From Candidatus Iainarchaeum sp. (GTDB lineage Archaea > Iainarchaeota > Iainarchaeia > Iainarchaeales > JAZDFD01): 64,000 bases of DNA. Below, one piece after another: positions 20,800-30,425 of the stretch. The notes under the pieces are model-generated. The model made no database searches. It was not told where the DNA came from and was given only the letters and a program-made list of their open reading frames with translations. How positions within the stretch are numbered: the stretch's first letter is position 1; each line of letters begins with the position of its first letter. Both the position numbers and the translations under genes were made by a program. The stretch covers positions 1 through 64,000 of the forward strand of contig JAZDFD010000024.1 in assembly GCA_043808155.1 (NCBI GenBank), written 5' to 3'.

Positions 20800-21698
20800 A
20801 TGAAAATGAAATCAAAGTAATTAAGGATGTTCCGAAAGAAGAATTAATTACTGGCGGTACTTTTGCCTGTGGTGGCTGCGGTGCAGTAACAGGAATTAAA
20901 TTCACACTGAAGGCTCTGGGAAAAAACACAATAATGGTAAATAGTTCAGGATGCATGACTCTAACTGCGCTGTATCCATTCACACCTTACAAAGTTCCAT
21001 GGGTTCACTTGGCAATTGAAAACGCAGGGAGTGTTGCAACAGGAATTTTAATGGGTTTGAAAGCGCAGGGAAAAGACAAAGATACAAATGTTGTTGTTTA
21101 CGCTGGAGATGGTGCAACTTATGATATTGGATTCCAGTCATTAAGCGGAGCTGCAGACAGAAAAGAAAATTTCATTTATGTTTGTTACAATAATAGTTTC
21201 TATTCAAACACAGGTTTCCAGAGAACTGGTGCAACACCTTTACTGAGTGAAACTACTTCAACACCTCTCCCCAATATACTTCCAAGAAAACACATGGCAA
21301 AAATAATGGTTGACCATGAATGTGAGTATGTTGCAACTGCATGTACTTCATACCCACTTGATTATATGAATAAGCTCAGGGAGGCATCAAAATACAAAGG
21401 AGTAAAATTTATTGATTTGTTATGCCCTTGTGTCCCTGGCTGGGAATTGAAACCAGGGATGAGTTATGAAGCAGGAAAAATGATGGTTGATACTGGTTTG
21501 TGGCCAGTGTACAAAGTTGTGAAAGGACAATTTGAAGTTACTATAAAACCAAAAATGCTTCCAGTAAGACAGGCATTTGAAATGCAGGGTCGGTTTGGGC
21601 ATTTGAAAGACGAACATTTCAAACGCATCCAGGATCAAGTTGACAAAGAATGGGCACACTTTGAGAAAGGGGAATACTACAAAGCCTGCGAATATTAG
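20787..21698 (+). CDS. porB: Pyruvate/2-oxoacid:ferredoxin oxidoreductase beta subunit
   Basis: ACGGCG, GDGATYDIG TPP-binding motif, PCVPGW. Confidence 0.95.
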   Translation: MDNVNENEIKVIKDVPKEELITGGTFACGGCGAVTGIKFTLKALGKNTIMVNSSGCMTLTALYPFTPYKVPWVHLAIENAGSVATGILMGLKAQGKDKDTNVVVYAGDGATYDIGFQSLSGAADRKENFIYVCYNNSFYSNTGFQRTGATPLLSETTSTPLPNILPRKHMAKIMVDHECEYVATACTSYPLDYMNKLREASKYKGVKFIDLLCPCVPGWELKPGMSYEAGKMMVDTGLWPVYKVVKGQFEVTIKPKMLPVRQAFEMQGRFGHLKDEHFKRIQDQVDKEWAHFEKGEYYKACEY

Positions 21699-22021
21699 TG
21701 ATTAATATGGGTTTAGTTATTGGTTATGTGACTTGCAAGAATTCACAGGAAGCAGAAGGGATTGCAAAATATTTGTTGGAAAAAAAATTAATTGCATGCG
21801 CAAATATGGTGGATAAAATTGAGTCAATTTACAGATGGGAAGGTAAAATTGTTAATGAAAGTGAAGCATTACTTTTATTAAAAACCGAAAGCACTAAAAT
21901 AAACAAAGTGAAAAAAGAAATTGAGAAAATTCACTCAAATAAAATTCCATGCATTGAATTCATTAAAGTTTCAGATGTTAATAAAAATTATGAAAAATGG
22001 GTTACTGGGGAATTGAAATGA
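21698..22021 (+). CDS. cutA: Divalent-cation tolerance protein CutA
   Basis: LIACAN, SIYRWEG motifs. Confidence 0.93.
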   Translation: MINMGLVIGYVTCKNSQEAEGIAKYLLEKKLIACANMVDKIESIYRWEGKIVNESEALLLLKTESTKINKVKKEIEKIHSNKIPCIEFIKVSDVNKNYEKWVTGELK

Positions 22022-23403
22022 GAAAATACAGCAGAGAACTTGATTGTTTTTTCTATCCCGAACATATTGCAATTATTGGTGCAAGTTCGGAAGAAAGAAG
22101 CATAGGAAAACAGCTGTTCACTAATTTTATGGGAACTAAACTCAGCAAGAAAACGTATCCTGTAAACCCTTTTCACAAAAATGTTCTTGGAAAGAAAGCA
22201 TATGTTTCTGTCAAAGACATTCCTTATGATATTGATCTTGCAATAATTGCAATTCCTGCAAAACATGTCCCGAATGCATTACAGGACTGTTCAGACAAGG
22301 GAGTTAAGGGCGTGATAATTATAAGTTCAGGTTTTAAGGAAGCCGGAAATGAGGATTTAACTGAAAAAATGAAAAAAATAATCCGGGAAAATAAAACAAT
22401 GCGTGTTGTAGGTCCAAATTGTTTTGGAGTATTAATGCCTGAAATAGGACTTAACACTACTTTTTCAGTTAAGGAAAAGTCACATCTTCCAAAACACGGA
22501 AATCTTTCATTTTTCAGTCAGTCAGGTGCATTGGGTGTTGCAATACTTGACTGGGCATCTACTCAAAATTTTGGAATTCACAAATTCATGTCATATGGCA
22601 ATGCAATAGATGTTGATGAAACAGACATCTTGGATCATATGGGACATGATAAAGGTTCGAAAGTTGTTACTGCATATATCGAAGAAGTCAAACGCGGACG
22701 GAAGTTTATGGAGACTGCTAAAAAAGTCTCAAAAAGAAAACCTTTCGTGGTATTAAAAGGCGGGTCTCAGAAAGCTACACATCATGCAATTTCATCACAT
22801 ACAGGGAGCCTGGCAGGTGACATGAAAGTTTATGAAGCTGTGTTTAAGCAGACTGGAATTGTGCATGCAAAAAATATGAGAGAATTATTTTCTTTTGCAA
22901 AAATTCTTGAAAATGAACCAATTGCAAATGGTAACAGAACTGCAATAATAACAAACGGTGGAGGCTATGGAATTGTTACTGCAGATGAATTTACAAAAAA
23001 TAATTTAACACTTGCGAAATTAAGCTCAGGAAGCATTAAAAAATTAAAACAAATTTTGCCGCCTGCTGCAGGATTTGGAAATCCAATTGATATGCTTGGT
23101 GGTGCAGGTGAAAAAGAATATGCATTTGCAACAAAAACTGCACTTAATGACAAAAACGTTGACATGATTGCAGTGCTTGTTTTGTTCAATACACCGACTG
23201 TTGATCAGAAAACTGTAAAAGAACTTATTAAAATAAAAAAGACTGCAAAAAAACCTCTTGTTGTGCTTACATTTGGAAGCGGTTACACACAGCACAGAAA
23301 AGATGAATTTGAAAAAGGCAGGATAATTACATATGATTACCCTGATATTGCTGCACGGAGTTTAGAAGCACTTGCAAAATACTCTGCTTTTGTAAAAAGA
23401 TAA
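21997..23403 (+). CDS. acdA: Acetate--CoA ligase (ADP-forming) alpha subunit
   Basis: CoA-binding IAIIGAS, VGPNCFG, SQSGALG, SHTGSLAG phospho-His, NPID. Likely start at ATG 22018. Confidence 0.92.
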   Translation: MGYWGIEMRKYSRELDCFFYPEHIAIIGASSEERSIGKQLFTNFMGTKLSKKTYPVNPFHKNVLGKKAYVSVKDIPYDIDLAIIAIPAKHVPNALQDCSDKGVKGVIIISSGFKEAGNEDLTEKMKKIIRENKTMRVVGPNCFGVLMPEIGLNTTFSVKEKSHLPKHGNLSFFSQSGALGVAILDWASTQNFGIHKFMSYGNAIDVDETDILDHMGHDKGSKVVTAYIEEVKRGRKFMETAKKVSKRKPFVVLKGGSQKATHHAISSHTGSLAGDMKVYEAVFKQTGIVHAKNMRELFSFAKILENEPIANGNRTAIITNGGGYGIVTADEFTKNNLTLAKLSSGSIKKLKQILPPAAGFGNPIDMLGGAGEKEYAFATKTALNDKNVDMIAVLVLFNTPTVDQKTVKELIKIKKTAKKPLVVLTFGSGYTQHRKDEFEKGRIITYDYPDIAARSLEALAKYSAFVKR

Positions 23404-24633
23404 TTACTTTTTAGTTTTGGAAAACATTTCAATAACTTTTTCATTTTCCCCTGCTTCCAGAAGTTCGAAAATTCGTTCATAATCTAATTCATTTCCAAAG
23501 TCAGTCTGGGAAAGATTCTTTCCCAGCAGTTCAAGTCCCAGTACGGAAATTGATTTCTTTGATTTCTGCAGTTCTCTTAATTCTGCCATGCTTTTTTTGA
23601 ATGACATTGTTGAAAAATCAGTGGATATTGAAAGGATTGCTTTGTCTTTAAATTTTTCTTTTATTTCTGTTATTTTAATGTCTGATGGCGCATAGCCTTT
23701 CGCGAGTTTTCCCTTAATCTTTACACGTATCAGTGGTTTCATTGAATCATTATTTGAAAGAAACTCAGAAATCTTAGTTTCAAAAATTTCATTTGCCTGT
23801 TCAGGAGTTGCGTTATCTAATTTTTCAGAATAATAGTAAAGTTTTCTTTGATTTGGGAGAGACATGAACTCTTTGCTCATCATTTGCGTGTCAATCACAT
23901 AAATTCCTTTTGGTTTTTCAGACTCCAGGTTTTTCATCTGAGTTGTGATTGTGGAACCTGGCATTAAGAATTCAATTCCATGCTCTGAAATTTCAGAAGT
24001 CCAGTGAAGATGGCCATTGATTATTAAATCAAAATTTTTTGGGAGATTTTCAATTCCAATGGTTGCAATCATTTCATCTTCAAATGGCAGGAATTCCTTT
24101 ATTGATTGGTGAAGCATCAGAATATTCTTCGCATCCTTTACTGGTTGCGGATTCCATATTTTTAAGGCATTTAAAGCCATTTTTTCAGGAACTCCGCCTA
24201 ATCCATGAATTGCCACTTTTTCAGAATTCTTTTCGAGAACAATGTATTCTGCATGAAGATGGATTATGAAACCTGCACTTTCCAAAACATCTAATGCATT
24301 ACAAAAATCTTTTGACCTGTATTCATGGGTTCCGTGGATTGCAATTAGTGGAATATGATTCAGAGTAATTTCTTTTGTTTCTGAATTTTTTGTTCTTTTT
24401 AGAATGAATGTGCCCTGCGAGTTTTTAATTTCTGAAAGAATTTTAAAAGTTTTTTCCCATGTTTCCTGATCAGGAATTTGAGTATCAAAAAAATCACCAG
24501 CGTGAATTATTAAATCTGGTTTTTGTGAGAGTGCCAAGCTCAATGCATTTTTTGTATTTTCAAAACTTTCTTCAAATCGTTCTGTTCCTTTGCCAAAACC
24601 TAAGTGCGTGTCTGTGAAAACTGCAATTTTCAT
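23404..24633 (-). CDS. mre11: Mre11/SbcD DNA repair exonuclease
   Basis: DTHLG, GDFFD, GTHE, LHQ, GHLH phosphoesterase motifs. Confidence 0.9.
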   Translation of the reverse strand: MKIAVFTDTHLGFGKGTERFEESFENTKNALSLALSQKPDLIIHAGDFFDTQIPDQETWEKTFKILSEIKNSQGTFILKRTKNSETKEITLNHIPLIAIHGTHEYRSKDFCNALDVLESAGFIIHLHAEYIVLEKNSEKVAIHGLGGVPEKMALNALKIWNPQPVKDAKNILMLHQSIKEFLPFEDEMIATIGIENLPKNFDLIINGHLHWTSEISEHGIEFLMPGSTITTQMKNLESEKPKGIYVIDTQMMSKEFMSLPNQRKLYYYSEKLDNATPEQANEIFETKISEFLSNNDSMKPLIRVKIKGKLAKGYAPSDIKITEIKEKFKDKAILSISTDFSTMSFKKSMAELRELQKSKKSISVLGLELLGKNLSQTDFGNELDYERIFELLEAGENEKVIEMFSKTKK

Positions 24634-25545
24634 TTATATCACATCAATCATTTTGTAAAGCTCATTTAACATTTCAGTAGGATATAAAAGCAAGGGTCTG
24701 AAAACCAAAATTTGTAATTTTTCATCAGCTTTGCGATATGCTTCAAAACTTTTGTCATCAAGAGATGTGTCTGCAATAACAAATGCTTCAATATTTTTTG
24801 ATTCAATAAGATTTCGCGAGTGCGATAATTCAGTGATTGTGAATTTACGCCCTGCATTCCATTTTACTAAAGGTTCAATATGGGAAACTATTTTTTCTGT
24901 TTCAATTTCAACTACTGGGAAAATGTTACAGCCACGTTTTATCATTATTAATGCTGCTGCAAGTTCTTCTTTTCTACCTGTGAAAAACATTGCAACATTT
25001 CCCTGTGAACCTAATGGGAGACCCCCGAAACATTTTGTTTCTTCAAAATAAATATAGAAATTGCCTTTTCTGACTTCAGCCAACACTTTCTTATCGGGAT
25101 TATTGAGATTTACTATGAGATTTAATTCTGAGAATTTTTCATTTATTTTTGAACCCAATAAAATTTCCAAATCTTTTGATTTGTGTTCTTTTTCAAGTGA
25201 TTTTACGCGGACAGCAAAACTGTCATTTTCCTCAAATAAATCCTCAACTGCATCTAAAACTTTCTCTGTGAAATGTTTTTGATTAGTGAATTTGTGCTGT
25301 TCTGCTTCTGCAAATGAGTGAATGCCGACAGTTGTTTTCAGGATTTTTTCAGCTTTTTTGAAATCATCTGTGTAAAGATACATTCTTCCGCCTGCTGAGA
25401 TTATTTTTTTCACAACTGCATTTTCACGCTTCATTGGGAATTTTATGCTGTCTCTGAGCTTGTGCATGAAATAGCTTCTCACAAAACTGGTTTTGAGTGA
25501 GATTTCTGGTGCTGTCTTTATTATGATACAATTTGGACTGAACAT
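24634..25545 (-). CDS. ThiI-like THUMP domain protein with degenerate PP-loop
   Basis: EISLK N-terminus, SFAVRV THUMP, VNLNNPD, GGLPLGSQG...MIKRG; the SGGxDS motif is replaced by TGRKEE. Confidence 0.85.
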   Translation of the reverse strand: MFSPNCIIIKTAPEISLKTSFVRSYFMHKLRDSIKFPMKRENAVVKKIISAGGRMYLYTDDFKKAEKILKTTVGIHSFAEAEQHKFTNQKHFTEKVLDAVEDLFEENDSFAVRVKSLEKEHKSKDLEILLGSKINEKFSELNLIVNLNNPDKKVLAEVRKGNFYIYFEETKCFGGLPLGSQGNVAMFFTGRKEELAAALIMIKRGCNIFPVVEIETEKIVSHIEPLVKWNAGRKFTITELSHSRNLIESKNIEAFVIADTSLDDKSFEAYRKADEKLQILVFRPLLLYPTEMLNELYKMIDVI

Positions 25546-25687
25546 ATGGAACTAGTTGAGTAAAAACATTTTAAAGGTCAAAGCATGGGGGTTTAAAACA
25601 TTTTACTGAAATAAAATAGTTTATGCACAGGCTGTACCGAAGGCAAGTCCAACTGAAAGTTGGACTACAGCTCAAGGATGTGGCCTT

Positions 25688-25758
25688 GCTGGACTGGCAG
25701 ATAGGCTATGCACCCGCCTGCAGAGCGGGAGAGAGGGGTTCGATTCCCCTGTCCAGCT
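25688..25758 (+). tRNA. tRNA-Cys (GCA)
   Basis: Acceptor GCTGGAC/GTCCAGC, anticodon arm CCCGC-CTGCAGA-GCGGG, T arm AGGGG-TTCGATT-CCCCT, U discriminator, CCA not encoded. Confidence 0.96.
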
Positions 25759-25923
25759 TTTAATTTGTATCGTGGCTATAAGCTTTAAAAAACCTTGTAG
25801 AGCCAATTATTAGAGCTATTTTTCCTGTAAAATGGAGTAAATGTAGCAAATGAGATATTACCACAGTATCGAAGATACTGCATATATTTCGGAGCACCCG
25901 TACGAAATCGGGTGGTGATGGAT

Positions 25924-26706
25924 ATGGGTCTTAGACCAGGACATTGTTATAGTGACAAAAAGCAAGACAGAGCCTATACAAGGTTAGCTGTCAAAGTGCA
26001 CAGAAGAAATTATATTGGTGCAGCACCTGGGTTAAAAACAAGACAATTTAACATGGGCAACGGTGCAAAAAAATATTCACACATTGTTGATTTGGTTGTG
26101 GATGAAAGTGTAAATGTAAGAGACAACGCAATTGAAGCTGTCAGAATTATGGTTACAAGATACATCACAAAACATTTAGGAAAAGAGAATTTTTTTATGA
26201 GGGTGAGAATTTATCCTCATCACATTTTAAGAGAAAACAAACAGGCAAAGGGAGCACACGCAGACAGAATTCAGCAAGGAATGTCACACGCATTTGGAAA
26301 ACCAATTGGAAGAGCTGCGAGGGTGAGACCAAACCAAAAAATAGTTTCTATTTTAGTTGAAGAACAAAACGTTAATGTTGCAAAGAACGCATTTAAAAGA
26401 GTTTTCAGCAAATTGCCCTGTTCAGCACATGTGAGAGTTGGAACAGACGTTGAATCAATCGGAACTTTACCCAAGAAGAAAATCAGGGAACCAACAAAAA
26501 CAAAGGGCACAGGCGGAGTTGCAGAAGCCACAGGTGAAAAGGCAGAAGAAGGAAAAGACGTCAAAAAGAAAGGTGCTAAAGGAAAGGATACAAAAGCTGA
26601 AACCCCAAAAGATGCTAAAGGTAAAGATGCAAAAGCTGACGGAAAGAAAGATGCTAAAGGAAAAGACGCAAAAACAGACGGAAAGAAAGACGCTAAAAAG
26701 AAATGA
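25924..26706 (+). CDS. rpl10e: 50S ribosomal protein L10e (uL16) with long K/D/A/G-rich C-terminal tail
   Basis: MGLRPGHCY start after GGTGA SD; YPHHILRENK, ADRIQQGMSHAFGKP. Confidence 0.96.
   Translation: MGLRPGHCYSDKKQDRAYTRLAVKVHRRNYIGAAPGLKTRQFNMGNGAKKYSHIVDLVVDESVNVRDNAIEAVRIMVTRYITKHLGKENFFMRVRIYPHHILRENKQAKGAHADRIQQGMSHAFGKPIGRAARVRPNQKIVSILVEEQNVNVAKNAFKRVFSKLPCSAHVRVGTDVESIGTLPKKKIREPTKTKGTGGVAEATGEKAEEGKDVKKKGAKGKDTKAETPKDAKGKDAKADGKKDAKGKDAKTDGKKDAKKK
26608..26697 (+). repeat. 39-bp tandem repeat (KDAKGKDAKxDGK) x2.3 in the L10e tail
   Basis: aaagatgctaaaggtaaagatgcaaaagctgacggaaag / aaagatgctaaaggaaaagacgcaaaaacagacggaaag / aaagacgctaaa. Confidence 0.9.
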
Positions 26707-26739
26707 AATTTCTAATTCTGAATAAATTTATATTACATA

Positions 26740-27222
26740 GTGCCTTTACTATTAGCAATGACTTATAAGAAATTTGAAAATACCCTTGGGAATGAAGGGC
26801 AGGGTGCATTAGAATATTTAATGACTCATGCATGGGCAATGGTCGCACTTGCAGTTGTTATTGGCGTGATTATTTTTGTTTTTGGTAATATTTCAGGAAG
26901 TACATCTTGTACATCAGATGATACAAAAATAATTTACTATGATCATGCAGTTTCTGAAACTGGTGAATTGACACTTATTTTGCAGAATGCAACAGGCCGT
27001 TCAATTAATGAAGCAAGCACTGTTTTTTCAGGAGATTTTGCAGGTATTGGGTCAGTATCAACTATTCCAGTACCTGAAGGCGAACTTTTTACAATTTCAG
27101 GCAATACTGATTTAGGAGACATCAGAGAATACAAAGGAAGAATTGAATTATCATATAAAACTACAACAGGAATTCAGCACACTGTTAAGATTACCTGCTC
27201 CGGGGTAAAAGCTAGTTCTTAG
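26740..27222 (+). CDS. Class III signal peptide (type IV pilin-like) protein
   Basis: GQGALEYLMTHAWA followed by a hydrophobic helix and a small beta domain with a Cys pair. Confidence 0.8.
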   Translation: MPLLLAMTYKKFENTLGNEGQGALEYLMTHAWAMVALAVVIGVIIFVFGNISGSTSCTSDDTKIIYYDHAVSETGELTLILQNATGRSINEASTVFSGDFAGIGSVSTIPVPEGELFTISGNTDLGDIREYKGRIELSYKTTTGIQHTVKITCSGVKASS

Positions 27223-27283
27223 AATTAATTTTCAATCATGTTTATTAGATTCATTTTTATTGCTTTGGGAGTGCGTTTAATTT

Positions 27284-28273
27284 ATGCTTGAAATTAATTT
27301 GAAAGATGTTGTTAGTGAAATTAAAAAACACAAAGCCAAAATTATAGCAATACAAATACCTGAAGGTTTGAAAACCAAGGCATTAGAAATTTCTTCTGAA
27401 ATTGAAAAAAAAGCAAAAGTTCAGACAATTATTTTCACAGACCCATGTTTTGGTGCGTGTGATTTGGCTGATGTGAAATCAAAAATTGTTGGTGCGGATT
27501 TGTTAGTTCATTTCGGGCATACAAAATTCTACAATCCAAAAATTGACACGATTTTTGTTCCATTAAAAGTGAAATTAAAGAAAAAGGATTTAGAAAAAGT
27601 AATTTCAAAATTAGCGGATGCGCTTTTAAATGAAAATGCAAAAAAAGTTGCACTGTGCGGAACAATTCAGTATGCAGAATATTTTGATTTTTTGAAGAAA
27701 GAACTTAAGAAATCAAATATTGAAGTTTTTATTGGAAAAGGAAACATAACAGAACATGGTCAGGTACTTGGGTGTAATTATAGTGCTGTTAAAAACGTTG
27801 AAAATAAAGCTGACACTATAGTTTATTTTGGAGATGGTATGTTCCATCCTTTAGGGGTTTGGTTTGCAGTAGATAAAAATGTAATTATTGTTGATCCGAT
27901 TGAAAATAAAGTGAAAATTCTTGAAAATGAAAGAGATTCTTTTTTAAGAAAAAGATTTGCGCAGATTGAAATTGCTAAAAAAGCAAAAACTTTCGGAATT
28001 CTTGTTACTACAAAAACAGGGCAAATGAAAAGCAAAAAGGCATTTGAATTAAAGAAATTAATTGAGAGTAAAGGGAAGAAATCATTTATTTTGGTTTCTG
28101 ATTTGATTAAACCAGAATATCTGCTGGGAATGAAAATTGATGCGCTTGTTAATACTGCCTGTCCGCGTATTGGTGTTGATGATTTTTCATATTTTAAAAT
28201 TCCGATTTTAAATCCAAAAGAACTTGAAATTACACTCGGCAAAAGAAAATGGGAAAATTATGAACTGGAGTGA
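27284..28273 (+). CDS. dph2: Diphthamide biosynthesis enzyme Dph2
   Basis: QIPEGLK, CFGACD, VHFGH, GQVLGC, GDGMFH, TACPR. Confidence 0.95.
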   Translation: MLEINLKDVVSEIKKHKAKIIAIQIPEGLKTKALEISSEIEKKAKVQTIIFTDPCFGACDLADVKSKIVGADLLVHFGHTKFYNPKIDTIFVPLKVKLKKKDLEKVISKLADALLNENAKKVALCGTIQYAEYFDFLKKELKKSNIEVFIGKGNITEHGQVLGCNYSAVKNVENKADTIVYFGDGMFHPLGVWFAVDKNVIIVDPIENKVKILENERDSFLRKRFAQIEIAKKAKTFGILVTTKTGQMKSKKAFELKKLIESKGKKSFILVSDLIKPEYLLGMKIDALVNTACPRIGVDDFSYFKIPILNPKELEITLGKRKWENYELE

Positions 28274-29071
28274 TTATTCATAATCATTACTTTCTGAACT
28301 TACAACTGTCCCAATGAATGAGTTTCCGCGGACTGAATTTTCAAAATTATCTAAGTTGTTTCCGTTAAGGAAAAGTGCTTTAATGCTGGAGCGGCGGAGA
28401 ATGTTACATGCGGGAAGGTCAATTACTAAATTCTGACCTGGTTTGGATTCTGCTGAGGCAACCAGTTTCATAAGTTGGTCATAACCTAATTCAGAATACA
28501 TTTTTGCACGCTTGTTTTTTGACGGGTCTGAGGAGTAAATGCCGTCTACATTTGACAGGTTTATGAATTTCCCATTGAGAGATTCTGCAAGCAAGGCAGC
28601 AACAAAATCCGTGGTTGCACCAGGGAGAAGACCTCCATAAACAGGAATCTGGCCTGCGTCAATTAATTCTTTTGCTGAACCAATGTGAGTTAAAACTTCA
28701 GGATATGCTTTTTCTAAACCTGCAATCAAAAGAGTTGCATTAACGCGTGTGATTTTTATAGCTAATTCATCCATAAAAAAATTATTAGTTCCAAGCTCTT
28801 TTGCAGCTGTTAAATAGTCTCTGCAAATTGCCCCGCCGCCAACTACTAATGCAAATTTGTATCCTTCACTATGCAGTCTTGAAATTGAATCTGCAATTGC
28901 GGAAACTTTTTCAGATGATACACCTTCACCTAAAAGAACTGAACCTCCGATTGACACAACGAAAATATCACCATACGAAGAAGAGGAATATGAATTAGAA
29001 GATGACGAATATGAAGAATTTGAAGATACACTTTCGGATTCTTCATGATTTCCGAACAAATTTTCAAACAT
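28274..29071 (-). CDS. pyrH: UMP kinase with Ser-rich N-terminal extension
   Basis: VSIGGS, VVGGG, PGATTD, NVDGIYSSDP. Confidence 0.93.
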   Translation of the reverse strand: MFENLFGNHEESESVSSNSSYSSSSNSYSSSSYGDIFVVSIGGSVLLGEGVSSEKVSAIADSISRLHSEGYKFALVVGGGAICRDYLTAAKELGTNNFFMDELAIKITRVNATLLIAGLEKAYPEVLTHIGSAKELIDAGQIPVYGGLLPGATTDFVAALLAESLNGKFINLSNVDGIYSSDPSKNKRAKMYSELGYDQLMKLVASAESKPGQNLVIDLPACNILRRSSIKALFLNGNNLDNFENSVRGNSFIGTVVSSESNDYE

Positions 29072-29180
29072 GATAAAACCCCTTCTACGTGCCCGTTTCT
29101 AAGCACTTAACTGGGAAATATTTAATAGCTTATGGCAATACATCTTAATATTACTATTGTTTAATTTGAACGTGATTTAA

Positions 29181-30425
29181 ATGGAACCCAATTTTGAAGA
29201 AGTTGATGAAGCAGAACTAATGCAGTTCAAGAAAAAGCTAGCGAAGCTTAAAACATATCAGGGACGCGGCACTGAATTAATTTCGTTGTATCTGCCTGAA
29301 GATGTTGACAGAAGTTCAGTAATGGGTCAAATCACAGAAGAAACTTCACAGAGTAGCAATATAAAAAGTCCGACAACAAGGAAAAATGTTCAGGGTGCGT
29401 TAAGAAAAATAAACAACTTCCTGAAGCAGATTGATTTCAAATTACCAAAAAATGGTTTGGCTGTTTTCTGTGGAAACATCTCTGACATGGAGGGCAAATC
29501 AGACATTCAGTTAATGACCTTAAGACCCGCAATGCAATTAAAAGTAAAACTTTACAGATGTGATTCAAAATTCTTTTTAGATCCAATGGACCAGATGATT
29601 AAGCCGAATGAAATTTATGCTTTAGCAACTGTTGACAAAAATGAAGCAACTATTGCACTGCTTTCAGGAAAAAAATATGAAATTCTCGGGCATTTTACTT
29701 CGGGAGTTGCAGGAAAAGCACGTGCAGGTGGTCAGAGTGCAAAAAGATTTGAACATTTGAGAGAAGAAGCTGCGCAGGACTTTTACAAACGAATAAGTGA
29801 AAAATTGAACGAAATTTTTCTCAAAGATGTTGATAAATTGAAAGGCATGATTATCGGCGGACCTGGAATGACAAAAACTTTTTTCATTAATAAAAATTTG
29901 ATTGACCACAGACTGATGAATAAACTCATCGGAACTGTTGATACTGCATACACAGATGATTCAGGGATTAGGGAAATGGTAAACAAATCTGAAAAACTTC
30001 TGAAAGATACAGACATTATGAGAGAAAAATCAATTATCAATTCATTTATGGGAAATGTTGTGAAAAATAATCTTGGTGTTTATGGTAAAAAAGAAACCGA
30101 GGAAGCTGTAATGCTCGGGAAAGTAGACACTCTGCTAATTAGTGAAGAATTGGGTTGGATGGTTTACAGATATAAGTGTACTGTGTGCGGAAAAGAAAAA
30201 GAAATTACTACAAAAGAACCCAAAGAATTTGATCATAACGCAGTAAAATGCGAAAAATGCAATTCTGCAGTTGAGCTTATGGAAGAAGTTGATTACATAG
30301 ATCACATGATTGAGAAAGCAAAACAGACAGGCTCAAAAATAAAGCTAATTTCTACAGATACATCGGAAGGCGAACAATTCCTCGCAGGTTTTGGCGGAAT
30401 CGGTGCAATACTGAGGTATAAGTAA
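29181..30425 (+). CDS. prf1: Peptide chain release factor aRF1
   Basis: GTELISLY, NIKS, GGQS, FGGIGAILRY. Confidence 0.97.
   Translation: MEPNFEEVDEAELMQFKKKLAKLKTYQGRGTELISLYLPEDVDRSSVMGQITEETSQSSNIKSPTTRKNVQGALRKINNFLKQIDFKLPKNGLAVFCGNISDMEGKSDIQLMTLRPAMQLKVKLYRCDSKFFLDPMDQMIKPNEIYALATVDKNEATIALLSGKKYEILGHFTSGVAGKARAGGQSAKRFEHLREEAAQDFYKRISEKLNEIFLKDVDKLKGMIIGGPGMTKTFFINKNLIDHRLMNKLIGTVDTAYTDDSGIREMVNKSEKLLKDTDIMREKSIINSFMGNVVKNNLGVYGKKETEEAVMLGKVDTLLISEELGWMVYRYKCTVCGKEKEITTKEPKEFDHNAVKCEKCNSAVELMEEVDYIDHMIEKAKQTGSKIKLISTDTSEGEQFLAGFGGIGAILRYK

Noticed and set aside
25625-25687. c-di-GMP-I riboswitch, 5S rRNA or C/D box sRNA upstream of tRNA-Cys
   Set aside because: Only a superficial GGCAA-stem-GAAA similarity with no second riboswitch hairpin; too short for 5S; no RUGAUGA C box.
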